52,976 nucleotides of DNA from Bacilli bacterium (GTDB taxonomy: Bacteria > Bacillota_I > Bacilli_A > RFN20 > CAG-826): the NCBI GenBank assembly GCA_050874705.1, contig JBNMLE010000003.1, positions 1-52,976 of the forward strand, read 5' to 3'. Each line of letters starts with the position of its first letter. Position 1 is the first letter of the stretch. Below the pieces are notes generated by a model, which saw only the letters and a list, made by a program, of their open reading frames with translations, did no database searches and had not been told where the DNA came from. This document shows positions 47,032 to 52,976 of this stretch, one piece after another. A program made the position numbers and the translations under genes.

Positions 47032-47628
47032 ATGGAAAAAATATTAGTAGAAACAAGCGCACGTCATGTGCACGTTACACAAGAAACATTAGAAGTATTG
47101 TTTAGCAAAGGGCATACTCTTGAAGTGAGAAAAATGCTTTCTCAACCTGGACAATTTGCATCAACAGATAAAGTTGATGTTATTGGATATAATCTAAAAG
47201 ATCCAAATGGTGTTAGACCATCCGCTAAATTTTCGATTCTTGGACCAGTTAGAAAAGCAAACCAAGTTGAAGTTTCATTTACAGACGCAAGAAATCTTGG
47301 ACTTACTGCACCTGTTAGAGAAAGTGGCGATATTGTAGGTTCCGGAAAATGCACATTAAAAGGACCTGCTGGAGAAGTCGACTTAGAAGAAGGCGTTATT
47401 GTCGCAAAAAGACACATTCATATGACACCAAAAGACGCTGAAGAATTTGGTGTTAAAAATGGCGACATTGTAAATGTTAAAGTTGATTCAGGCAAAGGAC
47501 GTGCTTTAATATTTGGCGACACTGTTGTTCGTGTAAGCGAGAAATTTGCTTTAGCAATGCACATTGATACAGACGAATGCAATGCTTGTGCAGGTAGCGG
47601 TGTTATTTACGGAGAAATTGTTAAATAA
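47032..47628 (+). CDS. pduL: Phosphate propanoyl/acetyltransferase PduL
   Basis: SARHVH, LSQPGQFA, ILGPVR, RESGD, AKRHIH, HIDTDE; ATG 47032 follows GGAGG (upstream part of the long ORF is antisense to mgtE). Confidence 0.92.
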   Translation: MEKILVETSARHVHVTQETLEVLFSKGHTLEVRKMLSQPGQFASTDKVDVIGYNLKDPNGVRPSAKFSILGPVRKANQVEVSFTDARNLGLTAPVRESGDIVGSGKCTLKGPAGEVDLEEGVIVAKRHIHMTPKDAEEFGVKNGDIVNVKVDSGKGRALIFGDTVVRVSEKFALAMHIDTDECNACAGSGVIYGEIVK

Positions 47629-47630
47629 TC

Positions 47631-47888
47631 ATGAAAACATTCGAATATATACCTCAAAATGTTTGCTCAAGAAAGATTATTTTTAGTGTTGACGATAATA
47701 ATAAAATAACAAATCTTGAAGTTGTCGGAGGATGTAATGGTAATCTTCAAGGCATTTCTAAACTTGTTGAAGGAATGGATGTTAATGACGCTATTAAACG
47801 TCTTGAAGGAATTAAATGTCGCGGTTCAAGAACAGGTTTAACTTCTTGCCCTGACCAAATTGCGAATGCTTTGAAAAAAGCTTTATAA
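47631..47888 (+). CDS. Small TSCPD-domain protein
   Basis: VCS, GGCNGNLQG, GIKC, TSCPDQ. Confidence 0.88.
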   Translation: MKTFEYIPQNVCSRKIIFSVDDNNKITNLEVVGGCNGNLQGISKLVEGMDVNDAIKRLEGIKCRGSRTGLTSCPDQIANALKKAL

Positions 47889-47893
47889 AATAA

Positions 47894-47922
47894 TTGAATA
47901 GTATTTATTCAAAGAATATAAT
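47894..47922 (+). promoter_or_regulatory. Sigma-A promoter of metK leader
   Basis: TTGAAT-17 nt-TATAAT. Confidence 0.75.
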
Positions 47923-47930
47923 ACATATAA

Positions 47931-48030
47931 CTTATCAAGAACTATGCCATAAGGATGAAATAGCATAGTAGCAACTCTTTAATAAAGTAAGTGCTCTTCC
48001 TTAGCAGAGGCCCACCCTCTGAGCGATAAG
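47931..48030 (+). promoter_or_regulatory. SAM-I clan riboswitch aptamer (atypical P2)
   Basis: P1 CTTATC/GATAAG, J1/2 AAGA, P3 AGCAAC...GTGCT, P4 CAGAGG/CCTCTG; upstream of metK. Confidence 0.85.
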
Positions 48031-48045
48031 ATGGACAAAGTAGAT

Positions 48046-48080
48046 AACGGCTGTCCCATTGGTGGGAAGCCGTTTTATTT
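48046..48080 (+). terminator. Riboswitch expression-platform terminator
   Basis: AACGGCT.TCCCA-TTGG-TGGGA.AGCCGTT-TTATTT. Confidence 0.8.
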
Positions 48081-48098
48081 ATATTTAGGAGAAAAAAG

Positions 48099-49247
48099 AT
48101 GAACGAAAAGAATTTGTTTACAAGTGAATCCGTTAGCGAAGGGCATCCTGATAAAGTCTGCGATCAAATTGCTGATGAGGTACTTGATTATTGCTTGAGC
48201 ATTGATCCGCTTTCACGCGTTGCATGCGAAGTATTTGCGACCACAAATTATGTACTTATTGGAGGCGAAATTACTTCAAAAGCAAAACCTGATTATGAAA
48301 AAATTGTCAAAGATGTTATGAAACGCATTGGTTATACCAAAGACGAATATGGTTTTAGCGTTGATAAAGTAAAAATTGATGTAAAAGTAAAACAACAATC
48401 TCAAAACATTGCTCAAGGTGTTGATACTGGTGGCGCCGGTGACCAAGGAATAATGTTTGGCTACGCAACTAATGAAACAAAAGGATATATGCCTTTAGCA
48501 ATTTCAATTGCTCACAAGCTTGTAAGAACCGCAACTAATTTAAGAAAAAGCGGTGAATTTAAATATGCTAGACCAGATATGAAGTCACAAGTAACAATTG
48601 ATTATGAAGATCCTAAACATCCACGCGTTGTAACAGTTTTAATGTCTATTCAGCATGATGGAGATTATAATGAAAAAGAATTCAAACATTACATCGTGGA
48701 ACATATCATGAAACCAGTTGTTAAATCATTTGATATGAATGATGATTTTGAAATTCTTATTAATCCAACTGGTCGATTTGAAATTGGAGGACCAGCTGGT
48801 GATACAGGTGTGACAGGAAGAAAAATTATTGTTGATACATATGGTGGAGCCGCACGTCATGGTGGAGGTGCTTTTTCTGGAAAAGACCCAACAAAAGTTG
48901 ATAGAAGCGCAACATATATGGCGCGTTATATCGCAAAGAATCTTGTCGCAAGCGGTGTTGCGGACAGATTAGAAATACAACTTGGATATGCGATTGGGAA
49001 AAGTGAACCAGTTTCAATTGGTATTACGACATTTGGAACAGCTCATTATAGCGACGAAGTGATATTAAATATCATTCATAAAATATTTGATTTAAGACCA
49101 AATAGCATTATTGAAAAATTCCATATGCGCACTCCAAATTATAAATATACCGATTTCACTTCATATGGACATTTAGGAAGACAAGACCTTCATCTTCCTT
49201 GGGAAGAACTTGATAAAGTTGAAGAAATTAAGTCATTATTAAAGTAA
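48099..49247 (+). CDS. metK: S-adenosylmethionine synthetase
   Basis: FTSESVSEGHPDK, GAGDQG, GGGAFSGKD. Confidence 0.98.
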   Translation: MNEKNLFTSESVSEGHPDKVCDQIADEVLDYCLSIDPLSRVACEVFATTNYVLIGGEITSKAKPDYEKIVKDVMKRIGYTKDEYGFSVDKVKIDVKVKQQSQNIAQGVDTGGAGDQGIMFGYATNETKGYMPLAISIAHKLVRTATNLRKSGEFKYARPDMKSQVTIDYEDPKHPRVVTVLMSIQHDGDYNEKEFKHYIVEHIMKPVVKSFDMNDDFEILINPTGRFEIGGPAGDTGVTGRKIIVDTYGGAARHGGGAFSGKDPTKVDRSATYMARYIAKNLVASGVADRLEIQLGYAIGKSEPVSIGITTFGTAHYSDEVILNIIHKIFDLRPNSIIEKFHMRTPNYKYTDFTSYGHLGRQDLHLPWEELDKVEEIKSLLK

Positions 49248-49254
49248 AATTATC

Positions 49255-49283
49255 ACCCATCAATTGCTGATGGGTTTTATTTA
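49255..49283 (+). terminator. Terminator after metK
   Basis: ACCCATCA-ATTGC-TGATGGGT-TTTATTT. Confidence 0.75.
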
Positions 49284-49379
49284 TAAAAAATATTCATTTT
49301 ACTCTTTGAAAAATAGCAAAAGTATTGCATAATAAAGTAAGAAATTATCATCATTGCATAATTTGGAAAGGAGAACTTT

Positions 49380-49937
49380 ATGAAATACCAAATTATTGGT
49401 AAGAACATCGAAGTTACCGAAGGTATTCGTTCAGCAATCGAAAGCAAACTTTCACGTATGAACAAATATTTCGTCATCAATGAAGATGTTACTTGCCGCG
49501 TTGTTGTAAGATCCTACAAAGTAGGCGCTAAAATCGAGGTAACAATTTTCACACCTCAAATGGACTTACGTGCTGAAGTCACTAATTCAGACCTTTATGC
49601 AGGCGTCGATTTAGCAATTGACAAGCTCGAAGGACAAATGCGCAAATTAAAAACAAGAATGGATCGTTCTCGTGGAGGAAAAATCTCCCTTGGAAAAGCA
49701 ATTTCTTTAGAAAATATTGAACCAATCGAAGATGAAAACGATGATAACGAAACTGTTGTTCGTACAAAATCAATTTATCTTGAACCAATGAGTCTTGACG
49801 AAGCTGTTACAAGAATGGAAGCCATTGATCACCCATTCTTCATTTATCTTGATGAAGAAGATGATAAAATCTCTGTTTGCTACACTAGAAAAGATGGTGG
49901 ATATGGCGTAATTCAAGCTGAGAATAGCCTCAAATAA
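49380..49937 (+). CDS. hpf: Ribosome hibernation factor (long HPF)
   Basis: IIGKNIEVT, DLYAGVD..DKLEGQ, PMSLDEA, YTRKDGGYG. Confidence 0.93.
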   Translation: MKYQIIGKNIEVTEGIRSAIESKLSRMNKYFVINEDVTCRVVVRSYKVGAKIEVTIFTPQMDLRAEVTNSDLYAGVDLAIDKLEGQMRKLKTRMDRSRGGKISLGKAISLENIEPIEDENDDNETVVRTKSIYLEPMSLDEAVTRMEAIDHPFFIYLDEEDDKISVCYTRKDGGYGVIQAENSLK

Positions 49938-49960
49938 ATTAACTTAATCATTAATAATAT

Positions 49961-49998
49961 GGATGCTTCCTGTAAATAAAAAGGAAGCATCTTTTTTT
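49961..49998 (+). terminator. Terminator after hpf
   Basis: GATGCTTCCT...AGGAAGCATC plus T run. Confidence 0.8.
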
Positions 49999-50141
49999 AT
50001 TCAATACAACTGTAATCAATAATAGTAAAAGAACAAAATGTATGCATATTTTCCTTAATATTCAAAAAGATTATTAACTTTAATGTCATTTTTGAAATAA
50101 AAATCTTGTTATTTGCGTTTAATGTTAATAAAATTAACAAC

Positions 50142-50975
50142 ATGGGAAAAGTTATTGCTACAGACCTCGATGGCACTCTTTTATATCCTAAGAAGAGGGT
50201 TCGCATGATTTCCACGAAAACCCTTCGTTTTTTAAGGAAGTTTGCGGATGATGGAGGAAAAATCGTTCTTGTCAGCGGTAGAAATAGCGAATATTTAGAA
50301 AAAGTTGCTAAAAAGATTGACCGTAAATGTGACATGATCGGTTGCAATGCATCTTTTGTTATTTCAAATGATGAATACATTAAAAAGGTTTACTTCAATA
50401 ATGCAAGACTTGAAGAAATACTTGATGATATAGAAAAAACATATAAACCAAAAACTTTCTTTCTTATGAGCGAAGATAACCAATTTATCATGAGAGACTC
50501 ATTTGAAAGTAGATTATATTCTGCAGGATATGCTTTATGGAACTTTTTTGAAGGTGTTTATCGTGAACCTTTTATTGTCGATAAAGAAAAATTTAACGAA
50601 ATTCTTCATACAGGAAAAATTCGTAAAATTATGATTTTCTTCGGTATAGGAAAAAAGAACGTTAATTCATCAAAAGAAGCAAACAAAGGTATATATGAAA
50701 AATATAAAAACGAAGTTGAACCAAGCTGGTCTGGAGAATTTATAGAATTGTCCCCGTTTGGATGTTCTAAATCAGAAGGATTGAAATATTATATTCAATA
50801 TAATAAAATCAATCATAACGATGTTTATGTCGTTGGTGATTCTGGGAACGATATTTCTATGTTTAAAGAATTTCCTGAAAATAGTTTCTGCATGAAGCAT
50901 TCGCCACTATCGGTCTCGAAGTATGCGAAGCATGTTATCAAACATTTCAGTGACTTAGAGAAATATATTGTTTAG
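50142..50975 (+). CDS. Cof-type HAD-IIB hydrolase
   Basis: DLDGTL, SGR, SK, GDSGND; ATG 50142 (ORF from TTG 50106). Confidence 0.88.
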   Translation: MGKVIATDLDGTLLYPKKRVRMISTKTLRFLRKFADDGGKIVLVSGRNSEYLEKVAKKIDRKCDMIGCNASFVISNDEYIKKVYFNNARLEEILDDIEKTYKPKTFFLMSEDNQFIMRDSFESRLYSAGYALWNFFEGVYREPFIVDKEKFNEILHTGKIRKIMIFFGIGKKNVNSSKEANKGIYEKYKNEVEPSWSGEFIELSPFGCSKSEGLKYYIQYNKINHNDVYVVGDSGNDISMFKEFPENSFCMKHSPLSVSKYAKHVIKHFSDLEKYIV

Positions 50976-50990
50976 AAAGGAAATTATAAA

Positions 50991-51851
50991 ATGAACAATT
51001 ACACAGCCGCGATCGCAAGTTTTGTTAGATTTGACACAGTCATTTTTAACACACTTGAATACGCAATGAAAAAAGAAAGTTACGATATTAATGCATATCG
51101 TGCAAGAAAAGAAATTATCGAAATCGAAATTACAAAAAACACTCCTCTTAAAAGCTGCTTAGATAATAGTGGTGAAGCTGGAGAAAAATTAATGAACAAG
51201 ATTAAAGAATTATTGGATTTAATTTATAGTGATAATTCTACAATTGTTCGTATTGGCGCTGATGGAACAGAACTTAGAGTAGATGCTGCACAACATATTG
51301 CAGTTTATGATGCTGTTATGCCAATTCACGAAGAATTAAGAAATATTATTGCTGCACATGTTCAACAAGCTAATAAAGAAGGAAAGTTTGACGAACCAAC
51401 ATTCCCTGAAGTTCTTGAGAAAGAAGAATATTTCTATCGTGGACTTGTCAATATGTTATTAATTGATGATTTAGATCATCTTTTCGCGGAATATAACAAA
51501 GCTCGTCAAGAAGCAAAAGGCGCAATTACTCCTCAATCAAATTTCATTCAAAACGATATCGGTAGAATCGTTGGTTTTATGAATTTGTCACGTCAACGTT
51601 GTGCTTTAAGAAGTGCAGATTATTACGAATTAATCGATCCTGAGTTTGCATTAATTGAAATGACAAGCGGAAGAAGAGATTTACCTGCCGGAAAGAATTT
51701 CGGAGATGTATTCACCGAAATGAAAAAACTTGCTCATGACAAGACAATGAAGTGGGAAGAAGCTTGGAAACCAGTTTACGAAAAATTTATAAATCATTTT
51801 GCTGAAGAAGCACGTAAACTACAAGAAAACGATAATAGTCACGCTGCTTAA
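50991..51851 (+). CDS. Hypothetical helical cytoplasmic protein
   Basis: 286-aa ORF, AAAGGA RBS, no recognisable motif. Confidence 0.75.
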   Translation: MNNYTAAIASFVRFDTVIFNTLEYAMKKESYDINAYRARKEIIEIEITKNTPLKSCLDNSGEAGEKLMNKIKELLDLIYSDNSTIVRIGADGTELRVDAAQHIAVYDAVMPIHEELRNIIAAHVQQANKEGKFDEPTFPEVLEKEEYFYRGLVNMLLIDDLDHLFAEYNKARQEAKGAITPQSNFIQNDIGRIVGFMNLSRQRCALRSADYYELIDPEFALIEMTSGRRDLPAGKNFGDVFTEMKKLAHDKTMKWEEAWKPVYEKFINHFAEEARKLQENDNSHAA

Positions 51852-51906
51852 TCTTTAATTAGATAATTTATTGTGGTAATATTAACCCACTGGAAAAGAG
51901 AACAAT

Positions 51907-52308
51907 ATGAAAAATAGAACTGTATCAGGAAAAGAAATTGCGTGGTATGTTATCGCGGGTATATTTGTAATGTTAGGTTTAACATTAATGGTTTTTGGTA
52001 TTATTGGCCATCACATGAATGTTGCGCTTGATGATAATTTCATTAAACAAGCTGAAGATAATTTAGTTAACGCAATTAAAGTGCCTTTTGATTTCAGAAT
52101 TTGGGGCATTATGTTTGTTTTACTTGGTGCAATTATTACTATTATTACTCTTAATTTCAACGCTAAGAAAACTGACAGAGAACTTGAAAGAACAGTTCGT
52201 CGTCAACAAAGATTAAATGCTGGTATGGATACAAAAATGGAAGTTAAATCAGCCGTTCAAATAATTGAAGATAATCCAACACCAGAAATTGTCGAAGAAA
52301 AGAAATAA
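51907..52308 (+). CDS. Hypothetical two-TM membrane protein
   Basis: Two hydrophobic segments and charged tail. Confidence 0.75.
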   Translation: MKNRTVSGKEIAWYVIAGIFVMLGLTLMVFGIIGHHMNVALDDNFIKQAEDNLVNAIKVPFDFRIWGIMFVLLGAIITIITLNFNAKKTDRELERTVRRQQRLNAGMDTKMEVKSAVQIIEDNPTPEIVEEKK

Positions 52309-52313
52309 CAATT

Positions 52314-52340
52314 AGGGCATTCTAAATGCCCTTTATTTAT
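52314..52340 (+). terminator. Probable terminator
   Basis: AGGGCAT-TCTAA-ATGCCCT-TTATTT. Confidence 0.6.
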
Positions 52341-52341
52341 T

Positions 52342-52976
52342 ATGAGTGCAGAAATTATAATTCAGGTTATTTTATTAGGCGTTGCTTTAAGTATGGATGC
52401 TTTTGCGGTATCTATTACTGACGGACTTATTTATACAAATATAAAGAAAAGGCATATGTTTTTTATTGCAGGTGTTTTTGGATTCATGCAAGCTCTTATG
52501 CCATTAATTGGCTTTTGGATTGTTGAACTAATTACCATAATTGTTGGTGAAAGTGGTGGAGAGCAAGCCGGAAACATCATGTCAATTATTGTTACTTGGC
52601 TTTCTTTTGCTTTGCTTTTGTTTATTGGTGGCAAAATGCTTGTTGAAGCTATCATCGATCTAAAAAAGCCTGCTGAAGAAAAACACCCAAAAGAATTTTC
52701 TATTAAAGAAGTGCTAATAATGGGTGTCGCAACCGCGATAGACGCTCTTGCTGTTGGAGTTTCGCTTCACGCCGATACATATGTTGACGAAACAAAATGG
52801 ATTTTTCTTCACGTATCAATAATTATGGTTATAACTTTTATAATTTCTTTATGTGGGCTTCTCTTTGGGAAAACATTTACAAAATTATTTAAAGGTAAAT
52901 TTGAAATTACATCGATCATCGGTGGTGTAATTCTTATATGTTTAGCTATTTGGATTGTTCTTGGACATTATTTAGG
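52342..52976 (+). CDS. mntP: MntP-family manganese efflux pump (runs off window end; absent from ORF track)
   Basis: Manual translation MSAEIIIQVILLGVALSMDAFAVS..., FQALMP-like MQALMP, ATAIDALAVG. Confidence 0.85.
   Translation, partial: MSAEIIIQVILLGVALSMDAFAVSITDGLIYTNIKKRHMFFIAGVFGFMQALMPLIGFWIVELITIIVGESGGEQAGNIMSIIVTWLSFALLLFIGGKMLVEAIIDLKKPAEEKHPKEFSIKEVLIMGVATAIDALAVGVSLHADTYVDETKWIFLHVSIIMVITFIISLCGLLFGKTFTKLFKGKFEITSIIGGVILICLAIWIVLGHYL

Noticed and set aside
49324-49362. Direct repeat ATTGCATAAT x2 upstream of hpf
   Set aside because: AT-rich and overlapping possible promoter elements; insufficient support for an operator
52309-52341. yybP-ykoY riboswitch upstream of mntP
   Set aside because: Only 33 bp, containing a simple terminator-like hairpin
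889-52655. Numerous 60-127 aa antisense or alternate-frame ORFs in the track
   Set aside because: Shadows of well-supported genes, with no motifs or RBS
1-52976. Alternative genetic code, mobile elements, CRISPR
   Set aside because: TGA ends genes at expected positions and Trp is TGG; no transposase, integrase or repeat-spacer array seen

Overview
AT-rich chromosomal window (genetic code 11; TGA is a stop) from a small-genome Bacilli-type bacterium. Gene content resembles reduced gut or rumen lineages such as Erysipelotrichales, RF39 or RFN20; this taxonomy is inference. Most of it is housekeeping: cmk-der-hup, dnaD-nth, recU, gpsB-rnpB-pgsA-cinA-recA-rny-ymdB-miaB-miaA-tcdA-fhs, ychF-ispF-argS-rpoE-nrnA, seven tRNA genes, pgi, mgtE, pduL, SAM riboswitch-metK and hpf. 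About 15.6 kb of accessory genes lies between DUF951 and ychF. The standout is a candidate new system at 24917-31062: nickel-maturation genes (hypB, hypA and a second hypB) with no [NiFe]-hydrogenase, urease or CODH in the window. They surround a 953-aa Fe-S flavoprotein with an uncharacterised Cys-rich N-terminal domain and a close homologue of the Cutibacterium acnes polyunsaturated fatty-acid (linoleate) isomerase PAI. The hypothesis is a possibly Ni-dependent fatty-acid isomerisation/biohydrogenation module. Other points: a SAM-I riboswitch apparently lacking the kink-turn, a half-length CCA-adding enzyme, a degenerate tRNA-Gln(CUG), recurrent leaderless genes and no ponA next to recU. No IS, prophage or CRISPR array was seen. 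Homologue comparisons are from memory; no searches were run.
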